DNA from: Spirochaetales bacterium
GTDB taxonomy: Bacteria > Spirochaetota > Spirochaetia > DSM-27196 > SLST01
DNA: 64,000 nucleotides
Assembly: GCA_046538735.1 (NCBI GenBank)
Contig: JBKHII010000014.1
Coordinates: 291-64,290 of the forward strand
Reading direction: 5' to 3'
Made by a program: the position numbers and the translations under genes. The notes beneath the pieces are model-generated. The model was not told the DNA's origin. It ran no database searches and saw nothing but the letters and a program-made list of their open reading frames with translations. Shown here piece by piece: positions 53,787-62,666 of this stretch (the first letter of the stretch is position 1; every line of letters begins with the position of its first letter).

Positions 53787-55429
53787 ATGAAGGTAAGAGG
53801 CAAGCTCACCGGTGCCGTGTCGCTCGGCTCGGTCGCCGGAACGCAGCGGCTGGACGACACGATCACCCGCTTCACGAGTACACGCGAATCGTTCGAGCAA
53901 TCGCCGGCAGATCTCGTAGCCGCTCCCGATCGTGGTGTGCTCGACCAGGAGACGGTCGATAAGCTCGAGCGTCTCCCCGCGGCGTGGGCCGTGGTAGAGC
54001 CCAGCGTGAATACCATCCAGGAAGAGCTCGCCGAGCTCCGCCGGACGAGCGGTGCGCAGACCGCGCTCGCGAGGGGTGTGTTCCGGTACGTCATGACGAG
54101 CGGGACAGGAGCCGCGAGAGACGAAGACCTCATGTTCCACATCGGTCAGCTTGCGATCGGCGTGCGGGGTGTTGAGTCGGCCAGCGGGACGCTCGATGAT
54201 CAGCTCGTTCGCGCGGCCGAGACGATTGCCGCGGAAGCCGCCGAGGCAGCGCGGCTCAACACCGCCGTTTCCGCCGGTATCGTGGTAATCGCCACGGCTT
54301 TTGCCGTGGCGATCATGCTTATCTTCAGTGGTCGCCTCGCCAATCGTGTTCGAGGGATGGAGGCGGCGATGCGCCGCGTGGCCGAACGCGATTTCACCGT
54401 TGCGACTCGTTCGGCAATCGCGGACGAGATTGGCGAGCTCGGCCGTCATATCGACTCGGCGGTCGGCACGACGCGTGAGGCGCTCGCAGCGGCGAAGCAG
54501 GCTGCGATCAGCGTGGAGACGCTTCAGGAGAGTCTGTCCTCCGGCACGGAAGAGTCCACCGCTGCGCTCCACCAGATCTCGCGGAACATCGAGTCGATTC
54601 GGGCGCAGTTCGCGCGCCTCAACGAGACGGCGATCGAGACCACGAAGGCGGTGGAGCAGATCGGCGGGCTGATGAGCGATCTCACCGGCGATCTGGAGAA
54701 CGAAGACGGCGCCGTTGAAGACGCCTCGAGCTCGGTGGACGAGATGAACGCGGCGATACGCGACGTTGCCCGGCTCGCGTCCGAGCGGCGCGAGGGTGCG
54801 CGGGAGCTCCTGGCCGTCATTGCGAGCGGTGGTGAGGCCGTTGAGTCGGCGAACGCCGTGATCGAGCAGGTTTCGCGGCGATCGAGAGCGTCCACGCGGG
54901 CGAGGCAGGCCGCGGGTTCGGCGTCGTGGCGGCGGAGATACGCAAGCTCTCCGAGTCCGCCTCGGAGAACTCGCACCGGATCGGCGACACGCTCAGATCG
55001 GTAGCCGGACAGATTCGCGAAGCCCTGAACGCGAGCCGCGCGAGCGCGGAGCGATTCAGGACGATTACGAATGATGTCGCGGAGTTCGAGGAAGCGATGG
55101 AGGCGATCAGCAAGGGTACGGCGAACCTCGAGGGAGGGAGCGGCCGCGTGCTCGAGTCGATCACGACCGTTTCCGAGCTGACCGATCGAGTTCGGGGGAA
55201 GTACCGGACCGTCACGGAGACCACCGAGCAGATCCGCCAGGCAATGGAACGGCTGGAAGCCGTCTCCGCCGAGGTGACCGACGGTATCGGCGAGATCGAC
55301 GCGGGGACACACGAGATCGTCTCTTCAATGAACGACGTCTCGCGGATCAGCACCGAGAGCAGCGAGAACGTACGTCGGCTTGCGCACCTGATCGAGACGT
55401 TCCGGACCGGCGACGGTGAGGCTACCTGA
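53787..55429 (+). pseudogene. Methyl-accepting chemotaxis protein disrupted by a frameshift/deletion in the signalling hairpin
   Basis: The frame starting at 53787 gives the TM, HAMP and methylation helices, then turns to Arg/Ser junk after VIEQVS (about 54875). The frame starting at 54875 gives AAIESVHAGEAGRGFGVVAAEIRKLSE and runs to the end. The canonical IA.QTNLLALN segment is missing. Confidence 0.7.
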
Positions 55430-56867
55430 GGTCCATCCAGACGCTCTTCGTTCGCGAGTACTGGAGCACTCCCTCGAGCCCGCCCTCACGACCGATACCG
55501 CTCTCCTTCACGCCGCCGAATGGGAGCTCGATGCCGAATCCTCCGGTCCCGTTCACCGATACGTGACTGACGTTGAGCGCGGCGATCGCGCGTTGCTGCA
55601 GACGCGCGTCCGGAGTCCAGATCTCTCCTGAGATGCCGTAGCGCGAATCGTTCGCGATCTCGATTGCCTCTTCCTCGCTCGAGAACGTGAGCATGCTCAC
55701 GACCGGCCCGAATACCTCTTCCTGCGCGATCGTCATCTTGCGGCGCACATTCGTGAAGAGCGTCGGGCGCACGTAGCTGCCCTCCCGGCCGCGGACCTCC
55801 GCGACCGTTCCGCCCTCGCGGAGCTCCGCGCCCTCCGATCGGGCCGAGTCGATGAAGCCCATGACTCGTGCGAGCTGCTCGGGGGAGGCGAGTGCTCCCA
55901 TGCCGGGATCGTCCGGTCCGTACCCCACTTCGATGCCCGCCATCGCCGCGGCCGTTTCCTCGGCCATTCGGTCCGCGATGCTCTCGTGGACGATCAACCG
56001 CGAACGAGCACCGCACGACTGACCGGTGTTGTAGCAGATCCCGCCTGCCGCACCACGCGCGGCACGGCTCAGGTCGGCGTCCGGAAAGACGAGCTGCGCC
56101 GACTTTCCGCCGAGCTCGAGAGAGACCACCGGGACGAGCTGATCGGCGGCTGCCTTCAGGACCGACCTACCCGTCGCGACCGACCCGCAGAACGCGAGCC
56201 CGTCGATTCCCGAGTGCGCGGCGAGCGCTGCGCCTACCTCCGATCCAATGCCGTTGACGACGTTGATCACTCCAGGCGGGAACCCGACTTCGGAGGCGAG
56301 CCTCGCGATCTCCAGCGTCGTAAACGGCGTACGCTCGTCCGGTTTGACGACGACGGTGTTGCCGACCGCGAGGCACGGCGCAACGCCACGCGCGAAGATG
56401 TCCACCGGGTAGTTCCACGGGACGACGTGCGCGACCACGCCGAGCGGCTCGCGAATGACGTAGGCAAACGAGTCCTCGGGAGCCGGCACGACCCTGCCTC
56501 CCGCCTTGTCCGACCAGCCGGAGTAGTACTCGAAGTACCGAACGACGGTCCGGATTTCATCACGGGCGGTCGAGAGTGCCTTGCCGTTCTCCCGCGACAA
56601 GAGGAGCGCGAGGCGATCGCGTTCCGCGTCAACGCGCCGGGCCAGGTCCGTCATCAATCGGCCGCGAAGATGAGGCGGCATGGACCGCCATTCGGAGGCT
56701 CGGAACGCCGTTCGTGCATTCTCCACGGCCAGATCGACGTCCGCCTCCGAGGCCCGCGCGGTCTCTCCGATGGTCTCTCCCGATCCGGGATCGATCACCG
56801 CGATCGAGCCGTTGCCTCCCGGCACGGACGTGCCGTTGATCCACGAGTCTGCATGGAGCTGGTTCAT
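55422..56867 (-). CDS. NAD(P)-dependent aldehyde dehydrogenase
   Basis: ELGGKS and the catalytic Cys region (YNTGQSCGARSR). 481 aa, typical ALDH layout. Confidence 0.9.
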   Translation of the reverse strand: MNQLHADSWINGTSVPGGNGSIAVIDPGSGETIGETARASEADVDLAVENARTAFRASEWRSMPPHLRGRLMTDLARRVDAERDRLALLLSRENGKALSTARDEIRTVVRYFEYYSGWSDKAGGRVVPAPEDSFAYVIREPLGVVAHVVPWNYPVDIFARGVAPCLAVGNTVVVKPDERTPFTTLEIARLASEVGFPPGVINVVNGIGSEVGAALAAHSGIDGLAFCGSVATGRSVLKAAADQLVPVVSLELGGKSAQLVFPDADLSRAARGAAGGICYNTGQSCGARSRLIVHESIADRMAEETAAAMAGIEVGYGPDDPGMGALASPEQLARVMGFIDSARSEGAELREGGTVAEVRGREGSYVRPTLFTNVRRKMTIAQEEVFGPVVSMLTFSSEEEAIEIANDSRYGISGEIWTPDARLQQRAIAALNVSHVSVNGTGGFGIELPFGGVKESGIGREGGLEGVLQYSRTKSVWMDLR

Positions 56868-57008
56868 TGGCTTTTCTCCTCTCGTCGTGCTCCGTCGTCG
56901 GCCGTCCTGCCGAGTGCCGTGAGGATCACGTAGGGCGGCAGCGGAGAGCGAGCGGTTCCGGCGAGGAGCGCAACGAAGTCGTTCGGGCTTGAGTTCCGCA
57001 TCACCGGG

Positions 57009-58517
57009 TCATCGCTTTCCGCTGTAGATCTCGAACTCCCACTTGCCTTCGAACTCCGAGACAACCTTGTTCCAAAGCACGGACGGAGAGTAGATGTTGT
57101 TGCTCTTCATACCGCGCTCGATGAGCGTGTCCCGGATGCGCTCCAGCCGGGCGGCGTGGTCGATGACGCTCCGCTCCTTCGTGCTGAAGAGGCCGCTCTG
57201 GTTCTCCAGGATCTTTTCGTACTGGATGGTCTCGAACTCGCGCGTCATCTGGTCGTATACCGAGACGATCTGTCGGAAGTGCGAGCGAACGAGCGGATCG
57301 AAGGTCCCGGAGGCCTCGAGTGCCGCGTCGACCTCGCCCAGACGACTGCTCACACTTCGATGGTCCTGGGCAGACTCGTAGAGCTCGATCGCCTCGCGGC
57401 AGAGCCTGACGACCGATTCGTTCGTGTACTCCCGCCTCCTGCCCTCGTGCTCGACTTCCAGCCTGGACAGGGGAGTCGTCTCGAGCACCTGGAGGACGAG
57501 TCGAGTCACGTCCGGCACGAGCCGGTCGCTCCACGTACGCTTGCCCAGGCGCGCGAGTAGGTCGTCGTACGCCTGCTGGTAGCGCACCTTCTTCATGTCG
57601 CGTTCGGTGTAAAGGAGCTCGTGCACCGAGACTCCCACGCCCTTGAAGCGAATGCGCCCACAGCTGAAGAACCGGAAGTTCTCGCCGTCCTCCCGGTCCG
57701 ACCGGGTCTCCTTTTTGTAGCCCGAGTGGACGTGCGAGGTGACCATCACCTTCGACTGGTCGGGAGCGATCGTCCCGGCGAAGTTCTGGAGCCTCGCGGC
57801 GGTGTTCACCACGCTCCCTGACACGTCGCCGTCCTGCGTGACGATGAGCGAGCTGTAGTGGAGGCCGCCGGCGATTCCGGCGGACACGTGGAAGTCCTGC
57901 ATGGCGATCGCCCGGCCCGTTCGGTTTTCCGAGAGAGACGCGGCCTGCATGACTCGCTTGCGGGAGAAGAGGTCGATGATGCCGAGGCAGGTCCGAATGG
58001 TGTCTCCCGGAGATGATCCGATGACGATGATGCTGTCGCCGGCGGTCCTGCACGAGATGCAGCCGTGTTTGTTCGCGACGAGTTTCATGTCCTTCTGGAT
58101 CAGGTCGTCGAGCGTCCGGAGCATCGAGGAGTTGTGCCGGTTGCGGTGGCAGAAGTCGGTGTAGTCGTGGATGTCCATGAAGCCGCAGTAGATGTTCGGC
58201 ACGAGGACGTTCTGCTTCAGATCCGCCACCGACGGCATCGAGCGATTCGTGATCGTCAGCGCTTTCCATAGCTGCCGGTGGTGTTCCGGATCGAGATCCG
58301 CGAAGATCCCCCAGTGAAGCTCGCGAATCAGCTGGTAGCACCGCTTGACCACGGTCTCCAGACGCGGATCCCAGCCGAGGTCTTCGATATAGGAGAAGAG
58401 CTCCGCGACGGTCGCGATCTTGCGCGCCATGATCCGATCGTAGCAGGCGATGAAGACGTCCTTGAGTCTGCGGCCCAGCCCGTCTTTGCGGACCGCCTCT
58501 ACGATGCGTTCATCCAT
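57009..58517 (-). CDS. Class III nucleotidyl cyclase with unknown N- and C-terminal domains
   Basis: Metal Asp residues in FMDIHDYTDF and CRTAGDSIIV. GDVSGSVVNTAARLQ carries the transition-state Asn and Arg. About 115 aa at the N-terminus and 180 aa at the C-terminus are helical regions I could not assign. Confidence 0.8.
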   Translation of the reverse strand: MDERIVEAVRKDGLGRRLKDVFIACYDRIMARKIATVAELFSYIEDLGWDPRLETVVKRCYQLIRELHWGIFADLDPEHHRQLWKALTITNRSMPSVADLKQNVLVPNIYCGFMDIHDYTDFCHRNRHNSSMLRTLDDLIQKDMKLVANKHGCISCRTAGDSIIVIGSSPGDTIRTCLGIIDLFSRKRVMQAASLSENRTGRAIAMQDFHVSAGIAGGLHYSSLIVTQDGDVSGSVVNTAARLQNFAGTIAPDQSKVMVTSHVHSGYKKETRSDREDGENFRFFSCGRIRFKGVGVSVHELLYTERDMKKVRYQQAYDDLLARLGKRTWSDRLVPDVTRLVLQVLETTPLSRLEVEHEGRRREYTNESVVRLCREAIELYESAQDHRSVSSRLGEVDAALEASGTFDPLVRSHFRQIVSVYDQMTREFETIQYEKILENQSGLFSTKERSVIDHAARLERIRDTLIERGMKSNNIYSPSVLWNKVVSEFEGKWEFEIYSGKR

Positions 58518-58662
58518 ACCAGATTCCTATTCTCATGTTGTGCGCGGCAACAGTCAACAGTCGTCGCTACGCGCCTTGGTGGGCTGCTTCTCATTGACAC
58601 GCGGCGTGACTATGGTAACGTTTACTCTCATGAAGCCGAGTCCGAAAAGGAGGAGACGAGAT

Positions 58663-60900
58663 ATGAAATCGATTGCACGGACGATGGTGATCGTCCTCGT
58701 CGCGATCTCCACGCTTGCCTGCGCATCTTCGCCCGGCGGGGACGAAGCTGCGGCGGTGCAGGCAGGTGGGGAGTCGGCGGCGGCCAATGGAGCAGGTGGA
58801 GAGCGTGAGACTTCGGCCCAAGCGCCGCCGTACGGGCAGCTGCGGGTCGAGGGAACGCGGCTGCTCGCCGAAGACGGAAGTCCGGTGCAGCTGAAGGGCA
58901 TGAGCACGATGGGCCTGCAGTGGTACGGCGGCATTGTGAACGAGCGCGCGTTCACGGCGCTGGCCCGGGACTGGGAAGCGGATGTCGTGCGGCTCGCGCT
59001 CTACGTTGGCGAGGGCGGCTACGCGACCGACCCGAGTCTCAAGCAGCTTGTCGTTGAAGGCGTGGAGCTCGCGATCGATCTCGGCATGTACGTGATCATC
59101 GACTGGCATGTTCTCACCCCCGGAGACCCGAATGCCCCCGTGTACGACGGCGTGGACGACTTCTTCGCCGAGATGTCCGAACGCTTCGGCGACTACCCGA
59201 ACGTGATCTACGAGATCATGAACGAGCCGAACGGCGACCTCTCGTGGCAGGACGATCTCAAGCCCTACGCCGAGCGCATCGTCTCGGTCATCCGCGCGAA
59301 CGATCCGGACAACGTCATTCTGATCGGGTCGGGAACATGGAGCCAAGACGTGGACGTCGCCGCGGCGGATCCCGTGGACGGTGAGAATCTCATGTACACG
59401 CTCCACTTCTACACGGGCACGCACGGCGAGGAGCTACGGGAGAAGGCTCGGACCGCGCTCGATCGCGGCGTTGCCCTCTTCGCGAGCGAGTGGGGAACGA
59501 GCGCGGCAACGGGTACCGGCGGACCGTTCATCAACGCCGCCGAAGAATGGCTCGGGTTCCTTGACGAGCACCGGATCAGCTGGACCAACTGGTCGCTTTG
59601 CAACAAGAACGAAACCTCGGCTGCGCTCAACGGTCTCGTTCAGGAGTACGTGGCGGGCGAAGGTACCGTCGTCGTGCAGGAAGAGACGCCGCTCGAGCCG
59701 GATTCGGCGTCTCCGGAGGGTCACCCCGCGTGGGATCCGGATCAACTGACGGTCAGCGGCGCGTACGTTCGGGCGAAGATCAAGGGCGTTCCGATTCCCA
59801 CCTACGAGGTCCCCATCGCTTCGTGGGATTTCGAAGACGGGCTCGGGCCGTGGCACGTGGCCGACGACAGCGGCGCGAGGCCGGAGCTCGGCACCGCCGA
59901 GGCCGAGTCGAGCGCGCTGACCTTCCGGATCGACTGGCCGGATGAGGTGCCCGACGATGCGTGGTCGACCGCGCCTCGGCTTCGCGTTGCCGATACCGGG
60001 CTCGATATCTCGACTGCGACCGCGGTCCGGGCCGACCTCTATCTGGAGGCGGGTCAGACCGTCGCCGGGCCGATCGAAGTGAACCCCGTGCTCCAGTATC
60101 CACCGTCGTGGTGGTCCCAGCTGCCGGCGATCGAGCTCGACTACGAGTCGGGCGAAGCAGTTGGTGGGGGGTGGCTGAAGTACGGCGTCCGGGCGCCCGT
60201 CTCCGTACCCGCAGACACGACGCTCGCTCACTTGCTGCTCGTGATTGTGGGAGCCGGAAGCGGGTATGAAGGGCGTGTCGCCGTGGACAACGTCGCCGTC
60301 GTCGCCGAGTCGAACGGGGACGCCGCCGGGCGCGCTGTTGAGGAGGCCGCGGCCGGTGAGACGGTCGACCCGGGGGAATTCGTTGGGCTGCCGTGGGATT
60401 TCGAGGATGCGACGAGACAGGGATGGGTCGTGACCGAAGACAGCCCTGCCAAGGTGGCTCTCGAGATCGGGCAGGCCGAGACGACCACCCTGGCATTCGA
60501 CTACGGGTGGAGTATCCCCGGGCCGGACGACCCGTGGAGCGCCGCGCCGCGCATCAGCTCGTCCTTCGTGGAGCTCGAGGCCGACGCGTACGAGACGCTC
60601 ACGCTCGATCTCTATCTCGAGGAGGGGGCCGCGACGACCGGTAGAATCGAGGTGCAACCCGTCATCCAGTCGCCGCAGCACGGCTACTGGTTCCAACTCA
60701 ACTCAGTCGGCGTGAGCCCGCTCGATGGCGATCCGGTCGGAGACGGGCTCCTCAAGTACTCGATCGAGGTGCCGCTCACGTCCAATACGGGCGAGGAGCT
60801 CGAACGCGGCGCGGTCATGCGCAACCTTATACTCATAACCGTGGGTGCCGGAACCGACTATCAGGGCCGGATCCACTACGACAACATCTCATTCAACTGA
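58663..60900 (+). CDS. Secreted GH5 endoglucanase (cellulase) with two C-terminal CBM-like modules
   Basis: Signal peptide or possible lipoprotein (VAISTLAC). GH5 acid/base IYEIMNEPNG, nucleophile FASEWGTS, and HFYTGTHG. Two modules of about 165 aa each start with WDFED and end with DN[VI]. Confidence 0.9.
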   Translation: MKSIARTMVIVLVAISTLACASSPGGDEAAAVQAGGESAAANGAGGERETSAQAPPYGQLRVEGTRLLAEDGSPVQLKGMSTMGLQWYGGIVNERAFTALARDWEADVVRLALYVGEGGYATDPSLKQLVVEGVELAIDLGMYVIIDWHVLTPGDPNAPVYDGVDDFFAEMSERFGDYPNVIYEIMNEPNGDLSWQDDLKPYAERIVSVIRANDPDNVILIGSGTWSQDVDVAAADPVDGENLMYTLHFYTGTHGEELREKARTALDRGVALFASEWGTSAATGTGGPFINAAEEWLGFLDEHRISWTNWSLCNKNETSAALNGLVQEYVAGEGTVVVQEETPLEPDSASPEGHPAWDPDQLTVSGAYVRAKIKGVPIPTYEVPIASWDFEDGLGPWHVADDSGARPELGTAEAESSALTFRIDWPDEVPDDAWSTAPRLRVADTGLDISTATAVRADLYLEAGQTVAGPIEVNPVLQYPPSWWSQLPAIELDYESGEAVGGGWLKYGVRAPVSVPADTTLAHLLLVIVGAGSGYEGRVAVDNVAVVAESNGDAAGRAVEEAAAGETVDPGEFVGLPWDFEDATRQGWVVTEDSPAKVALEIGQAETTTLAFDYGWSIPGPDDPWSAAPRISSSFVELEADAYETLTLDLYLEEGAATTGRIEVQPVIQSPQHGYWFQLNSVGVSPLDGDPVGDGLLKYSIEVPLTSNTGEELERGAVMRNLILITVGAGTDYQGRIHYDNISFN

Positions 60901-60907
60901 GCGAACC

Positions 60908-60945
60908 GCCGGGGCGTACGCGCCCCGGCTTCTTTTCCGTTTTCT
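60908..60945 (+). terminator. Rho-independent terminator of the cellulase gene
   Basis: 9-bp GC stem GCCGGGGCG / CGCCCCGGC with a 4-nt loop, followed by TTCTTTTCCGTTTTC. Starts 8 nt after the stop. Confidence 0.6.
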
Positions 60946-61077
60946 ACGTGCTCGCCCCCCTGACTTGCCGCCGCCGGCACGAAATCCGTCACCCCACTAT
61001 CGCAGTCCCCCGGCATCGCGCTATGCTGGTAGGGACGGCGTGGACCTTGGTCGGTCTCGTGCCGCAAGGAGGTCCGC

Positions 61078-62589
61078 ATGGAAGAGCAACTAGTAGTCCG
61101 GTTCACCACGGTTCGCGGAGAGCCCGCGCTCCCACGAACGATGTACACCGTAAACGAGCGCGGCTTCCCCTTCTTCAGCGAGTGGCGGATGGTCGGTCCC
61201 GGAGAGCTCGCGATCCGTTACCCGAAGGAGACGCCCTTCGCGATGGAGGTTCTCTGGGAGATCCCCGGCTTCGGGCGCGTGATCGTTACGGCCGACAATT
61301 CGGGAGAGCTCTACCGACCGGGCGGGCCTCCGGTCGACTTCCGAGCCGAGGCCGTCTCCTCCAAGGCGATCCGGCTGCGGCGCACGGTCGCCGAGCTGCG
61401 GGAGTCCGGCTATCAGATACCGGAGGATCTCGGGAAGCAGGTCGACGGTGTACTCTCCGGCCTGCGGCCGGCGCTGGACACTTCCAACCCCGAGCGGCGA
61501 GCTCGGCTCCTGGACGAGCTCCTGTGCACCGCCTTCCGGGCGGCCGAGGAGCTCGAGCTGCTTCGCGCACGCGCCGACCTGGACGCGATGAGCGTGAAGG
61601 ACCGCCGTTCCAAGCTCTTCGGCTCATCGTTTTTCGATCCCGACGCCTCCGAGACGTTTCTCTACCGGTTCGAGGAGCTGTTCAACTTCGCGACGACCCC
61701 CTTCTATCGGCGCGCGGTCGAGCCCGAGGAGGGCAAGCCCGACTGGACGCCCCGGGACCGCCTCCTCGACTGGCTGGACGAGAAGGCGATTGAACGCAAG
61801 GGGCATCCGCTCTCGTGGTGGATCGAGCACGGCCTGGCCGACTGGATGAAGAAACTCAGCTACAAGACCCTGAAGGAAGTCATCTACCAGCAGGTCTACG
61901 ATACCGTTTCCCGGTACAAGGACCGGATCCACATCTGGGACGTGATCAACGAGGCGCACGACCCGATCGTGAAGGGGAACGACCTCAACCTCAACGAAGA
62001 GCAGGTGTATGAGGTCACCGAGCTCGCGTGTCGGGCCACGAGAGACGCCGACCCGAGCGCGATTCGCATCGTGAACGTGAACCGACCGTGGGGCGTCTAT
62101 CGCTCCGAGTGGGAGACGATGGACCCCATGCATCCGATCGAGTACGTGGAGCGACTCGCGGAACGCGGTATCGAGTACGAAGTACTGGGCGTCCAGATGT
62201 ACCACGGCGGACCGGAGCACTACGTCCGCGACATGACCGAGCAGTCGGCGATGATCGACCGGTACCTGGCGCTCGGAAAGCCCGTCCACATCACGGAGGT
62301 GCAGACGCCCTCGTCCATGGAAGCCGATTCGAGCAAGTGGCTCGGCGGGCGTGTGGCGCCGAGCGGCTGGTGGCACCGGCCGTGGGATGCGGAGGTCCAG
62401 GCCGATTGGGCCGAGCAGTTCTACACGATCGCTGCGAGTAAGCGGAATCTGGAGGCGATCACGTGGTGGAGCCTGAGCGATCGCCGGACGTTCTGGCCGC
62501 ACGGCGGGCTCCTGGACATGGACGACAACCCGAAGCCGGCGTACCACCGGCTGCTCTCGTTCATCCGGCGGCTCCAACAGGAGACGTAG
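61078..62589 (+). CDS. Intracellular GH10-like glycoside hydrolase with an N-terminal extension
   Basis: GH10 acid/base IWDVINEAHD, nucleophile VHITEVQ, upstream FNFATTPFY...GHPLSWW. No signal peptide. The first ~165 aa are unassigned. Confidence 0.7.
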   Translation: MEEQLVVRFTTVRGEPALPRTMYTVNERGFPFFSEWRMVGPGELAIRYPKETPFAMEVLWEIPGFGRVIVTADNSGELYRPGGPPVDFRAEAVSSKAIRLRRTVAELRESGYQIPEDLGKQVDGVLSGLRPALDTSNPERRARLLDELLCTAFRAAEELELLRARADLDAMSVKDRRSKLFGSSFFDPDASETFLYRFEELFNFATTPFYRRAVEPEEGKPDWTPRDRLLDWLDEKAIERKGHPLSWWIEHGLADWMKKLSYKTLKEVIYQQVYDTVSRYKDRIHIWDVINEAHDPIVKGNDLNLNEEQVYEVTELACRATRDADPSAIRIVNVNRPWGVYRSEWETMDPMHPIEYVERLAERGIEYEVLGVQMYHGGPEHYVRDMTEQSAMIDRYLALGKPVHITEVQTPSSMEADSSKWLGGRVAPSGWWHRPWDAEVQADWAEQFYTIAASKRNLEAITWWSLSDRRTFWPHGGLLDMDDNPKPAYHRLLSFIRRLQQET

Positions 62590-62666
62590 GTCTCGCGATC
62601 GTTACGGTGGCGGGATTGTTAGAATACTGTTAGGATGCGCTCGAATCCAATCACCGAGGTCCGACC

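Noticed and set aside
57009-58517. The cyclase as part of a cyclic-nucleotide anti-phage system (Pycsar/CBASS-like)
   Set aside because: No effector-like gene (TIR, transmembrane, nuclease or patatin) is adjacent. The neighbours are an aldehyde dehydrogenase and a cellulase. The architecture looks like a sensory cyclase.
58594-58626. TTGACA plus the pseudo-palindrome TGGTAACGTTTACT upstream of the cellulase gene, as a second LacI operator/promoter
   Set aside because: The half-sites resemble TGGAAAC/GTTTCCA but lack the central CG spacer, and the right half matches poorly. The -10 candidates (TAACGT/AACGTT) are weak.
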